Shown here: one piece after another, positions 39,401 through 52,702 of the stretch | Layout: each line of letters begins with the position of its first letter | How positions within the stretch are numbered: position 1 is the first letter of the stretch | Assembly: GCA_964304625.1 (NCBI GenBank) | Contig: OZ199838.1 | Coordinates: 12,006,524-12,070,523, forward strand | DNA length: 64,000 bases | Reading direction: 5' to 3' | Origin: Kudoa neothunni | Taxonomy: Eukaryota > Animalia > Cnidaria | Made by a program: the position numbers and the translations under genes | Notes under the pieces: model-generated | What the model was told of the DNA's origin: nothing | The model's input: only the letters and a program-made list of their open reading frames with translations | The model's database searches: none

Positions 39401-39653
39401 AGAGATTAGGAATAATTTATGTGTAACTCGCATTTTCTCTGAAGTATTACCTAATTTTATCACTCTGGAGACACTGATTAAGATTTAAATATTTAATAAG
39501 TCCAAAAATAACCAGGATTTCATGTATGGGAAATGACAATCGGTTCCTGTTACTGCATGGTGTTACGTGACTACACAGGGTAAGCAGAATGTAGTTTGCA
39601 TATCCTGGCTAGTATAAAGATGAAGATGCGCATATACGTGTTTTGTTATAGTA

Positions 39654-40650
39654 CAGGGTGGCCAAACCCTGACTAGCGAGCCACATGTTAATTCAGAAAA
39701 ATACAAAGTTTAAACTGTCTAATCAATTGAAGAAATGAAACCTTTAATCGTAAACTAGAAAATATTTTTGATTAGAAAACATAGTTACGAACTACCATCT
39801 AGTTTTAACTTTGATGCAACTTAGCATTGTTACTAGTTTTATTAGGAAATACAATTAGAACTAATGTTTATCCATTACCAGCGTGATAGGTATCGGAAGA
39901 ATAAAACGTTCATTAAAGCTTTAAACATGAGCCATAATTCCAACTCACCAAGAGAATTGTGGAAATACGTTCTAGAAACTAAATATTCAAAATGAAAAGA
40001 AATTTGTCTCAAACTTGTTTTTATCTTTTGACCAACTTATTGTTGTGAGTCTATTTATTCAACGTTGACGTTTGTAAAATAGAAGCATCGCGGATCCCAT
40101 TCTCACAAACGAACATCTGACGGAACTAATTCGCACAGCATTAACAGCATACGAACCGGATTACCGTCATCTCATTGATTATGTGGAAACAAAAAACTTG
40201 TAACATTCGAAACAATTTCTAAAAATAATATTTCGAAAGCATTAAATCCTTATGTTATCACTTTATTCGTGAATTTTTTAATTTTATTTTTTGTCAGACT
40301 ACCATACATGATTAAACATGAAAACTATTTTATTATTTTTGCGACCTTATTCATAGGAAAAAAGATTTTTGGAACATTAACTACTAACTTACTTTTTTTA
40401 GAAAAACCACGATAAATTATACCTGTACAAATTATATGCAAATTTTCCAGCAATTAATTGAACAAGAAAAAATTTAAAACCTTTATGTTTAATTCTACAA
40501 CATTTTATCTTATTATTTACCAAAAATTTTCCAAAAATGGAAGTTTTAATTAAAGAAGAGGTACCAAAATGATTTTAGTGCCTTGTGGCTCTTGAAAATT
40601 TGGGAGACCTTAAAGTTGGCTCCCAATCTGTACAAGTCTGGTCATCCCTA
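39654..40650 (+). mobile_element. Internally deleted hAT element (Charlie/SPIN-like)
   Basis: Perfect 8-bp TSD TTATAGTA (39646-39653, 40651-40658). Imperfect TIR CAGGGTGGCCAAAC. Retains a dimerisation-domain fragment PTYCCESIYSTLTFVK...LTNEHLTELIRTA. Confidence 0.88.
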
Positions 40651-41942
40651 TTATAGTAGGCCGGAGGCGGCCGTGACCTCTGTCTAGCTTGACCTAAATA
40701 TTTGAAAATTTTTTTAATTTTGCGCATACAATTATTTATTTATATATATATTATTTACAATATGTATATTATACAATCACAACTGAAAATTTCTTATTCA
40801 TCTATATTGGAAGTTGGTAAATCAGGCATCGCAGACTCTAATTTGTCAATGCTTTACACTCCTAAACCCATGAAAATTACTCTATGTCGAGTTATTTTGG
40901 ACTATCATTGATCCCGATTATATTAATTGTGACTAATATTCTACTTGTATTGATTATGATTTTTATATTTAAACTAATACTGAGATAAAAACAAATCATT
41001 TGTCTATTTGCGTGCTTCATTAATGCACACGTTATTTATTTTTTAAGTGGTTTTATCCCATTAATTCTCATGTTACGCCCTGTAATGCAGATGAATAAAT
41101 TTCCCCATCCAAAATATTCCAAGGTATGCATGTGCCTGTAAAATGCCCCTTTGGTGGAACTGTGTAGCGCAACAGTTCCATTCAAATATTTTTGTGATTG
41201 TTCAAGGAGAAGAGAGTGTTTTTTAACATTGAACATAATAATGATGAAATTTAAATGTTTATACAAATAATTAAATTTAAAGAACTCCATAGATTTAATT
41301 ATATCAATACAGTAACAATAATGGTTCAGCTTTGCACATCGATGTTTGTGAATTATTAACACGTTTATAAATGTTCAGTGTATTTGAAATAAATAAAGTA
41401 AGTATAGAATTCTTATATCCAGAGTATAGGGTTATTTACCTGATAAAAAAACCATAACTACCTTTCTCTGGCATAAAAAGGGGTATACATTAATCAAATT
41501 GAAGTAAATATGGATTATTTTTCATAAGTTTACACGTTTTCATAAAATAATTTTTCGTAATCCGTCCTCTAACACAAAGAGAATATCATACAATATTTTT
41601 TACAAAGTACAGCTATTAGGGTGTGGAAAAATCGTTAGAAATATAAAGGCCCCTCGCTTGCTACAACATAGGCAAGTTTCAATATTGTTATGAATTATAT
41701 AAGTTAAAATTTGTAATGATTCGAAGATTTATACAGAGAATTATTTATTGCATCTATTATTTTTAAGAATCAAGTAATGCAACATTATAAGTTTTATTAT
41801 AATAGATGAAAAATCATGTTTTATAGTTCGAATGATATATAATAATGTTGACTCCATGAATGACGCAATAGATAATTCAAAAAATTGAGTCTATCGTGGA
41901 AAAATTAGTTAGGAATATGTGCCAGCGGATATTTATGTAAGG

Positions 41943-43132
41943 CAGGGGTCGGCAACCTGCGGTTCCCACCTTACGTGCATAATATAAACTACAATATCTA
42001 AGGTTAACACGTGAAGAAATTATATAATTATTAATTCGTGAACTCATTATTACGTTCAGGTTTTGAATTTTCATCACATAAATCATTTTTTAATGGAAAT
42101 ATCTGGGTAATAAATGAATATATGGTGCTCAACATCACCACCTTGAATTAATTTCCGTTATTTGCAACTTCCAAGTTATATATAGAAAGAAAAGATTCAG
42201 CAAAAATAAATTACTTACAAATATTAAAAGTTCCTAGTAGAACATTGTCCGGTACAGCTACAATTATTAACGAGACAATAATTCTAAATGTTCTCAATTT
42301 TTTCTACGTTTTAAATCAAAAAATTATTTGTTATCATTAATCAAAATTTATCATCAATAAAACTGTTAATATCAAATTGAAATTATTTAACAATAAATTT
42401 TTCGAGTATTATACAAAATACATCTTATTCGTTTATATTCACAACTTTTTGTAACCCTTTAAATTATACTTGTGGAAATGTTGATAGTTTTTCGAGGTTA
42501 CAAAAAAATTGAGACAACTGTTTTCCAACGAAAAATAGTTATACATACATTTTCATTAAATATGATCCATTAAAAGAATTATCTTGTAATATATAACGTT
42601 ATTTAGTTCTAATACAAATAAAACCCCATATACAATGTTGCTGAAATAATTAAATTCAGGAAAACACGCTAAAAAGTAATTCATTCAATTTTAAAAGATT
42701 AAATTATATGTTTGAAATTTTCCTGTTTGTTGACGATAATATTCATGAAAGTGAATTTTATACCGTATATTTGTTGTATAGACGTCAATGATAAAATTTT
42801 TAATTCAGCATAATAGAAATTATCGAAAACGCAATTACGATATTACTTGACGTAATCAGAAAAATTCAAGTGTATATATATTCTATTTTTATTATTTCCT
42901 CCTGCATTAAAATATTAATAATAAAAATAATAGGTTAAATAATTATCAAAAAGCACATAGATAGACTAATCCGAGAATTATCTTCAAATTTTTCTGAATT
43001 GTATGTATTCATGGTTTCAAAGTTAAACATTTTGATTTTCGAGCCTATATGTAATGTGCCGCTCCGGAAGTCGAAAAATTTTTCCCGCCATCAATAATTT
43101 GTTCATCCAGCCAAATCGGTTGCCGACCCCTG
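41943..43132. mobile_element. Non-autonomous hAT element
   Basis: Perfect 15-bp TIR CAGGGGTCGGCAACC. 8-bp TSD ATGTAAGG / ACGTAAGG. Confidence 0.92.
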
Positions 43133-43716
43133 ACGTAAGGGAAGAGGATTATATAAATACCGAGGTGGCCAAGGGTGGTACAATTCCACAGTTCCATACA
43201 TGGGCCGCCAATGATGATATTACTACAAATGAATAACACCTCCATATGCTACGTATAATTTTAAATCGAACCTCGTAATAATCATTATGTATGTTGACGC
43301 CATTTAATAATAACAATCTTCCGACACGAATAATTGTTATAAACATGATTATATATATATACTATCACGTATATCGTACGAATTATTAGAAAGTTCAAAA
43401 TATATTAATCATTGAAAAATTATCCTATAAAATTTATAATATAAACAATCATTCAAAGAAAAATCGTTCAATACATATGCACCAGTAAATGTTGGGCATG
43501 TAAAAAAATTATTATTCTTCCTCGTGCAAATATTAAATTTAATTAACACGCATTTACAATATTTAATTTTTTATCATGAAATAGATTTAAACGACGATAA
43601 TTAAAATATTATAACGATATCATATCCATACGAAAGGAAACATTTCCATAAAAAATTATTAGAGATACATTAATGGCGTTAATTAAATTATTATGTTTCC
43701 ATATATTAGAATTTAA

Positions 43717-46069
43717 CCCTCTAATGAAATTGGGGGAAATTTTCACCCCAACGAAAAGTTAATGGTTGTATACGTGATATGTTTGATATTCATTGGATAC
43801 AAGATATTTTCAAATCGTCCAAAAAAATTAGTAATATATTATTTTAAAATATTATGACTAAAAATAGAAAATCAGCAAAATTATATCAAGTTTACATTCC
43901 AATGAATTTTTGGGGTAAAAAAATTACCCCAGATTTTTTCGCATCAACTGATAGATAAACTAATTAATTATTATTGTGTTAATCAAATTTTAGGTTTATC
44001 TGATGGCTGAATTTGAAGTTATATGATTATTACCTATGACGTTGATCACGTGACTTCTTTTTTATTTGTAACCTTGCGATAATTGAAATGGATTTCATCG
44101 ATAATAATTTAAATTATGAATAAAATTCTTTTAAATTGATTATGAATACTTTGCAACCGATATGTCGTAAGAATCTGACGAGATTGAAAATTTTGAGAAT
44201 TCGGGTCAATCCATAAAGTAATGACGTTCTATGGTGATGTTTTTCCATTTAATAGATTCATTACTTATAAATGCTTGTTTCATTCACAGAAGGAGACTTG
44301 TGAGATAATATGATTATGAGGAAGTTTTTGAAAAACTGGAAAAGTTACTACAATTGTGCTGGGATGCTACGCATTTTTTTTGAGACAAAGACTCGAGTGT
44401 GCATTAACCCTGCACTACCTAATATCCATGCTTTGGCTCCTGCGCATATGGGGAGAATTTGGTGGGTACGCGACCACTTTTTCTGCTTTTTTATTCTCTC
44501 GTTGCACTAAGAATAACTTTAATAGAGAGTTGTTGTTAAGATTGTTGCAACTATTATTCATAACACTATGATCAGAAATACAACAGTAATCTTCTTCGAG
44601 ATAACAGTAGTTTATATATATAATAAAGTAATTAACTACTATCTTAAGGATTCTAATGCTTGATAATTAAAGGTCATTATTTTGTATTAATAGAATCCCA
44701 TAGGTATTCTAACAGTAGTTTAAGACAGAATTATTTTTTTTCAACAAGAAATTTGTTATTTCTCTTGTTATAAACGAAGTTTATTTTACTTTTCAAAAGG
44801 AAAAATTTAACTCTGTAATGTGTTCCAGCGTTTCGGTGTGATGGATCTTGAATAATTTCTTTATTTCTTTTAGATTTTCTGTTTAATTCGTTCATTTTTA
44901 GATGAACTCTCGACACAAACTCATGGAACTGTCCTCGACCGATAGTTATAGGAGTGTTGTCTTTTGCTTCGGCTTTTATGACATTGACTTATTTATTTTC
45001 CTATTATATTGTACTCTCTGGACAGTTTTATATTTCTCCTTCTCGAAAGTTCGATCCATTAATTCTTATATCGAGTAGTTTGAATTTTGTTGTAAGAATT
45101 TTGCGATAAAATCTTAAATCACTGGAAATAAAGTCTGCGAATATTTTTGATTTTATTGATACAATTGTATTCAATGTAGTGACTGATTTCAGGCCGGAGC
45201 GCCTAACGATGTTCACTTTAGATCCACTCTTAGTTCCTAATTTTTCCAATTATTTAATAATCTACACGTTTTCTTCAAATGAGTGATAATTTTTCTCCTT
45301 TTCCTACTGCGTACTAACCATGCCAATGTAATCAAACAACAGATTTCAGGTATGTAAGAAGCATGCACTCCTATTTTCCCAACTACAAGATTATTTATTA
45401 ATTATATAGTTATATTTATCGATATAGTTTACTCTTATCTCACGATTTATAGCTATAGTTAATTTGTATATTTTGAATTTTCGACATTATTTCTAAAATT
45501 GCACAATAACCATACTACGTAATAACCCTGCGCTACTGTAATCTTTCCATTAGTGGAGAGAAACATCCTTGAAGACCAAAATCCTAAGAGCTCAACCTTA
45601 TCTATTCTGCTATAATTCATCACAAGAAGTAAATGAACGATATTTTCAAGGTTTGAATTTTATTACGGAAAATTGAAAAGAACCCCGCTATTACTTGTTT
45701 CAGATGTACGAAGCTGTCGCAAAATTCATTGCGAGTGTTTGCAAATCTCGTTCTCATTCAATATTCTGTTGTTTCGCAAATAATAATTAAAATATTTATT
45801 ACGTGATATAAATGTGAAATCTACTCAAACATTAAGCTTTCATCAAAAATTATCATTGCGAATTTTAACGGATACAGTTTTCATAGGATTATGAGGATTA
45901 CTACTCTGATGTTAGTTGTTTTACGGCTTAATTTACCCCCGGGATTATGCCTATTTTTATTTTCTGAAATTGAATAATTTTTATGATTCGAATGGAGAAA
46001 TAAAAAACTGGGATAATTTTTTACCCCAAAATTCATAGGAGTGCAATCTATTTTTAGTACATTGGAAGG
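43717..46069. mobile_element. Non-autonomous piggyBac element (about 2.35 kb)
   Basis: TTAA flanks (43713-43716, 46070-46073). TIR CCCTCTAATG / CCTTCCAATG. About 45-bp internal inverted repeats (about 43892-43938 versus 46003-46046) containing TGGGGT...ACCCCA palindromes. Confidence 0.82.
44530..45486 (-). mobile_element. Possible LTR-retrotransposon remnant nested in the piggyBac element
   Basis: On the minus strand, a TG...CA segment (45486-45321) is followed directly by a PBS-like TGGTTAGTACGCAGTAGG and decayed Lys-rich ORFs. No matching second LTR. Confidence 0.3.
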
Positions 46070-46566
46070 TTAATTATATTTAAAAAATGCGCATTGGTTA
46101 GAAATAAAAATGAATATTTCTATTTTCGTTTTATTTAAAATAATATTTTAATGTGTTTAATTTTGTCAAATTTTAATTTTTAATGCATTCAAAATTTTTT
46201 GATGTTATTCGTGAATTTAATGTTTTTCAACCCAGGTTCTAGCTCAGGAAGAATACTTAACAATAACAAAAATCATCCCAAAAATTGGAAAAAAATCTTT
46301 TCTATAGATATTTCGTTTTATGTGGATATACGCATATATATTCTTCCAGGTAAAATTGGTTTTTTCAACAAGAATATGATATCTAAATATATCTATATTA
46401 AATCATAAAATTGGGATTTTTTAGTTAGATAAATACCTAAAACCAAATTTTCAACATATTTTATCATTGTCTTTAATGTTATATCGAAGTTTAATGCCAT
46501 TTCGGGTACATTATAACAAATACGGAATGGGCGTTTCGGATTTCTAAATTATTTAAAAAAAATGAT

Positions 46567-47070
46567 TCATTGTTTCTTAGTAAAGGTTACATAATTCGAT
46601 TTGCTTAAAGAGTAGATGTGGCAAATAACAAAATATCCAAAACCAGTTGTATTTAGAAGACCCATTAGACAGATGGCAAACACCAGTTTAGAAATTAGAC
46701 CAAATTGTAATAACATAAACGTCGAAGTTACTCCAGTAGCAATAAAGAACATTATGTATATTATGAGGAAAAGCAAGTTGGTTTTAAATCCCAAAGGTAG
46801 TTTTTTGAGTAGAAAGGTCGCTCGAAGAACAAAATCTAGCTGAACTACGAAAGTGATGAATGGAGTCGCTAACATCATACAACAGTAGCTATCCATCCCA
46901 ATACCATATTTTGGAAATCCAAGTAATAAAATCATTATTGAACTCACAATTATGATTATATGAATACTAAATGAGGCATAATGATACACCTTTTTGGTAA
47001 CAGCCACCGAACTTGATGTTATATTTGAAACAAAAGCTTGCTGGCTGTTATATTTTGAATCTTTTACCAT
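46567..47070 (-). CDS. Four-TM membrane protein, MARVEL-like, intronless, 167 aa
   Basis: Single ATG-initiated ORF with four hydrophobic segments. Clear paralog of the 57302 gene (LDFVLRATFLLKKLP...LLFLIIY versus IDLIFRGINVYPKLP...LLNLIIY). The MARVEL assignment rests on size and topology only. Confidence 0.75.
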   Translation of the reverse strand: MVKDSKYNSQQAFVSNITSSSVAVTKKVYHYASFSIHIIIIVSSIMILLLGFPKYGIGMDSYCCMMLATPFITFVVQLDFVLRATFLLKKLPLGFKTNLLFLIIYIMFFIATGVTSTFMLLQFGLISKLVFAICLMGLLNTTGFGYFVICHIYSLSKSNYVTFTKKQ

Positions 47071-47977
47071 TTTCTATTTTATGTCACTGCGAGTGTAAAT
47101 GTTATAGCCTTAAAACAACTCGTCTTATTTTGTTTATTTACAAAACATACATTTACTTGATCTATGTAATATAATCCGAACGGATAATCTTAATTTTTGT
47201 ATTATTCTATTAATGGAGAAAAATTGTAATTCCAAAAAATCCATTAATTATATACCATCTTAAAATAATTACAAGCTCTCATTCATATCTTTCTCCTTTA
47301 ACGTTATACCTTATAACTATGATAAAATCACGTTGAATAGGCAATTGAAGATTTTCACCCTCAAATAAGCCAAAGAATTGATACAAGTCCACTTGTAATA
47401 TCAGCAGAAATTAGGACACAGAAAGTTCATGCGATTACTAAAATATGAAGATTTAATTAATAAGCATAGGTCCAATAATAACTGATGAAATATAGATATT
47501 TAATCCCAGATAATTAGTTTCGTGAGCCAAATCATTAAATGGACGTGAAATTGAGAATTAGGCTTTGATAAATTGTAAATGATTTTAGCGTTTGAATTGA
47601 TATTTAATTTATAAATATCAGTTGACGAAATAATAATATTCGGAATACTAAATTGATTAATTTATCTTTTAGATTTTACGATTGAATTTGATAACAATAT
47701 ATCTGTTAATTAAATTTGCTCCAAACGATTATTTCAAAAGGTTTTGTCACTATAATTCGCATGAAAACTTTTTGTTTAAAAGGAAAAATCTATGTTGAAA
47801 CGTATGGGCTAATGAATTTTGGCTCACCACGCCACTTGTATAAACACTATACACATCTCAAGGAGTGGCATTTAACCTCTCACTTTATCTTCCTGCAATA
47901 ATGTATAAATTTAACCACCGAGCATCAGCGTCTAGGAGCGACCTTTATACACAATCTGACTACTTTACAGTCTACAT

Positions 47978-49184
47978 CAACGATTCTTAACCCGGGGTTC
48001 GGTCTGTGAATGATTTCAATAGAATCTGAGCGTGATATTATCATCATACATTCATTATATTTAGGTATTTTTTAACATTAACGTAATTATTACAAATTTA
48101 AAATATATCCTTGCGTTATTGTTCCTTATACGTATATTATATTTATTATAATATTCCCCTGTGTTATAATTTATTATGTAAAAAAATCTGTAAAAATAAA
48201 AGTCATTCAGAAAGTTATTTAATAAAAATTAAAAATTTCCGAAACATATTTCGTACCGTTGCAGATTAAGCAATTATAATGATTACTCCTTTTACAACAG
48301 CTTATTATTGCAAATCTAGATTTCCATATTTGTTACCATAAAAAACGAGTCTCGAATTCGTTTATATGGCTGTAGCTTTTTCAAATATTATGTCAGAAAT
48401 CTGTGAACACATTGATCAAAATCAACTACAAAAATCTCATTGAATATTCATTTAATGTCTATTATTTATATAAAAAATAGGGTTTTTGAATTAATCTCGC
48501 ATTCTATTACATAATCACTCCTCCATTTGTAACTCATTATTTTAATTAACTCAATAATGAACAAAATAGAGATTTTATATAGAAAAAATATTTTGATTAT
48601 TATAAGACCTTTTTTCACATAGAAATTTCTTATAGATTTTGCTTTTAATAATTTACAGATGTACATATTATAATTCCAAAGGTTTCATTAAATTTTTATT
48701 AAAATGTTATGCGACATTCTCTATACTCTGTTAGAATTTTAATAATTTCTAAAAAAATACTGGAAAGGATTTCATAGTTGTTAATTTTTTGCTTAATTAT
48801 CAAAAATAATTCATGTCTTAGTTATTCAAAATTTTTAATTTATATTAAAAAAACCGTCATTAAAATTAATTTAAATAATGAATATTTAATAAAATTTGGG
48901 ACAGAAAAATAATTTAAGTGAAGTCTTTCGTTCCTAAATTTTATTTTGTATTAAGAATTTTTTAAATGAAACTAATATTAAAATTGTATACAGCTTGAAC
49001 TTTTTTTTTTAAACATAACTAATTTAAAACCTTTCTAATCTGTCCTCTAAGATGGATGATGTGGATTAAACGATTAAAATATTGATATGTATGATTCGAT
49101 TATGTATTAAAAACAAGATGTGGTTCATGGTAGGTCCATTGTACACATCAGGGGTCCGCAAGGAAAAAAGGTTGAGAATCACTG
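47978..49184. mobile_element. Non-autonomous hAT (Buster/Charlie-type) element
   Basis: Perfect TSD GTCTACAT (47970-47977, 49185-49192). TIR CAACGATTCTTAACC / CAGTGATTCTCAACC. Confidence 0.88.
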
Positions 49185-49246
49185 GTCTACATTCTGGCAT
49201 GACTATTGCGCAGAATTAATTTTATCTCTAATTTGTTGGTTTAGAC

Positions 49247-52028
49247 CAGTGGTTTTCAATATTTTTGGAACCGCGAAACCCCAGAGATTAAAATTTTTTG
49301 GCGGACCCCCACACATAAAATCAAACCAAAATAAAGAAAATACAAATTTAAATTTGCACACACGCTCACCAAAAAAACAACAGAGATATTTTCAAAGTTT
49401 ATTTTGTATTCGAAATAAATAAATGTTAATGTGATATTTTTGGTTGGTGACTTTGTATTACAGCTTCAATATTTGGACGAGTTTTAGAGAGGCATACACG
49501 CATTTCTTCTTCAGGGATAATAAGGTTTCTCTGTTCTTATTTTTAATATTAGTCATGGCTGAGAAACCTAATTCACATAGGTATGATGTTGAAAATTGTA
49601 GAAGAATACACAACGCCCTATTCGAAACTAATGGGTATTCTCGTGAAATTAAAATCCAAAACGGATCAAGGTTAAGTGAACTGTGCTTCATTTTAAGACT
49701 CCTATCATTTGAAATCCCTGCCAACTCCTCTTCCTCCTTTAAATTGAAAGTTGAATTCGAGGGTTCGACAAATGGATTTCTAACCAATCGTACTCTTCGG
49801 GGGATATTGATGGAAATTATTTATCTAATCTTTAAATCCAGAATTCCAAATGATTAATTATCAGAGGGATAATTTCATCATAATTCTTATGTCGATGCAA
49901 AGTGGAAAACATCTCACAAATTCCTTGCGAAACATGTTTCTTTCAGGTAGCCAGCTTCTGCTTGAATGCATTAATTTTTCCACTGAAGATAAAATATTTT
50001 ATTTGGCTTCCTGCATACTTTTGTTTAAAATATTCAAATTCTTGAAGACGTCGGATACGTAGGCCAGCTTTGAACACCAATTTCCATTAGTGAGAAATCG
50101 GATAAATTCGACCTTATCTTTTTCAAAAAAATTCAGCAATTCTTCTCCGAGTTCATATAACCGAGACAATACCCGCCCTCGAGAGAACCATCGGACTTCA
50201 GTGTGAATTAACAAGGTGACACGCCCAGTATCCATACTTTCACAATTTTTTCTGAACTGCCGACATTTTATTGGTCTTGATTTTATGTAGTTGACTATGC
50301 TGACCACCATATCAAATACATCCTTTAACTCAGGACCAATCTCTTTGGCAACAAGTGCTTCGCGATGAAGAAAGCAGTGAGTTAATGAAACGTTTGGCTG
50401 AGATTGTTTTACAAGTGAAACAAAACCTTTTACACATGCAGTCATTGATGGAAGTCCATCTGTGCATATTCCAATACACTCTTCCCGTGTCAAGTCCCAT
50501 TGATTTAAGTATCGCGTGAGAGTATCATATATGTCTTGCCCTCTTGTTGTTCGTGGCAACTCTTTGCAACATAAAAATTCTTCGACAATAGCATCGTTTT
50601 CAATATATCGAATAAAATCAAGTAACTGCGATTTTCCACTTGAATAGCAAGCAAATTCGGCAACTTTCAGTTTTAATATCACATTCTCTTCGATATCAAG
50701 TGACATATCTAAAATCCATCCACTTGTTATATTGTCAGAAAGGAGTATGTTTTTAAGTTCATTGGCAGAAACTTTTCTAAAAAATATTTTTGTAATTTAA
50801 CACATGTTGATAGCACTAACGATTCAGCAATTGGATGTGGTTTCATCAGCTTAGCTATGACCTCTGCTACAGTAAAACTTACTTGGCTCGCTAATTGTGA
50901 TATTCCTTCAAATAATGAAGATCTTTTCGGAGTTGATTCTTCCAGTCTTTGAAAGTATTCCATATTTTTTTCAGCCAAAGTAGGATGTTTCGTTATCAGA
51001 TGACGCTTTAACTTTGACGGTGTGATTGAATTATTTGATAATGATTCGCCAAAGATTAAACATAATGGTGATGGAAAAGTTTTATCGCCAGTAGCAGTAG
51101 ACCCAAAAGCTTTGTAATTTGAATCAAATATTCGGTTTTTTTGCTTTGTAATAATTTGTTGCAGACCTTCATTTGAATCCATCTGTGGGTAGATAATAAA
51201 AAAAATGTAAAATATATATATCCAATTACTCCGAGTTTTCTAATATATGAAAAATAATATGTGGTATTTTTCGGTGATGAAACCATGACTATGCAGACTG
51301 ACGGCCCGCCGCTATGACACTGAATAACTTTAATTATGTCTAATTGTCGAAGTTAAAACATTGTTAAACTTATAGTATAAGATATAAAACTTGGATACTT
51401 CTGATGTATTGAGAATTTCATCTTTTTTTAATAATACCATTGTCTGGTGATTATTATCAAAGTTCCACCTTTACAATCTTACTGGACACCACATTTCAAG
51501 TTGCGTTGAATAACATCAATATCAATGTTTGGATATTTTTTGTCTCCATGTTAAGGCGTTGATCCAAAAGCGATAACTTTTTGAATATTGTTCATAAATG
51601 AAAGCATACATGGGTCATGCACTTTCTGTTGTTTCAATTGCGAGAAACAACATGATCCCTGGTACCGCAAAATGCTTGTTATACAGAAAATTTTTAGAGG
51701 AAATAAGCCGAAACGATAGCAAAATTTAATGAAATTCGGTTTCTTGCATTCAAAAATAAACTCAGATTCTTGAAGCGCAGCTACCATCATTCAATGGGGT
51801 TTTAACTAATAAAAAGGTTTAAAATCTTTATTATTAAAATTATTCTAAATTTAGGTGATTGTTATGAGAATAATAATTAATTAAAATGGACAAAATTATT
51901 CATATTCAACATCGCCAACCATATCGGCAACATTTATTTAAATTTAGATGCCTGTACAAAATTTTCATATGTATTCCTGCCGCGGATCCCCTAGGCGAGC
52001 TTAGTGGAATCCCGGTTGAAAACCATTG
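49247..52028 (-). mobile_element. Full-length but decayed Buster-type hAT transposon (ZBED5/SCAND3-like transposase, 51182-49458)
   Basis: TIR CAGTGGTTTTCAA / CAATGGTTTTCAA. Flanks GTTTAGAC / CTGTAGAT fit NTNTAGAN. Motifs PSKLKRHL, GICTDG, THCFLHREAL, HTEVRW, FSTSYLCELGFS. Frameshifts and a deletion near the first catalytic Asp. Confidence 0.93.
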
Positions 52029-52702
52029 CTGTAGATGATGAATTGGTTAAACTAGAGTGATATGTGTATGAGTATATTGAAAAACTCAAATACAAACAAA
52101 AATAACAGATTATTTTAGAAAGTCTTAAAAATTAAATAAAAAATATAAATTTTTCATTGGTTGTTTATCGTTCGTACGCATGAAGCTATTACGAATCACA
52201 CGTCAGTGACGTCTAATGTGTAGTTTTCACCGGTCCCGAGGAGATCGCGAATTAGTGGTCACCGACTGTCGATAAAAATAACAAAGAAAAATGTCATGGC
52301 GCAAACGCTTTAATGAATATGATTCCGGCAATCCGGGTTAATCTCTCGTCATAAGTTATTTTTTAAAATTACATCTGAAATTTTTTAGTTTTCAAAAGCA
52401 CTCATAATTAAGTGTATTCCACCGGAATATATAACTTTATCTTTTAAGAAACGCTAACAGCATAAATTCTCGAACATTGAGATTATCAAATTAATCGTAT
52501 AATGCGTGTTTTAATCCCCGCGGCCGCATGAAAATTAAGTGATTTTCTAACACCGTTTTCTAAACATTTGCCAATGTTTTATATCAGTAAACCACTAATT
52601 ATTGTTAACCTGTATAAATGAAAAATGATTGGTTTTTGTGTTGAAATATTTATAGATTTCAGCACAAAAATTTAAACTTCAAATGACAAACAGTTGTTTG
52701 AA

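Noticed and set aside
40700-43350. Possible gene fragments interrupted by the 41943 hAT element
   Set aside because: Joining across the TSD gives no recognisable protein.
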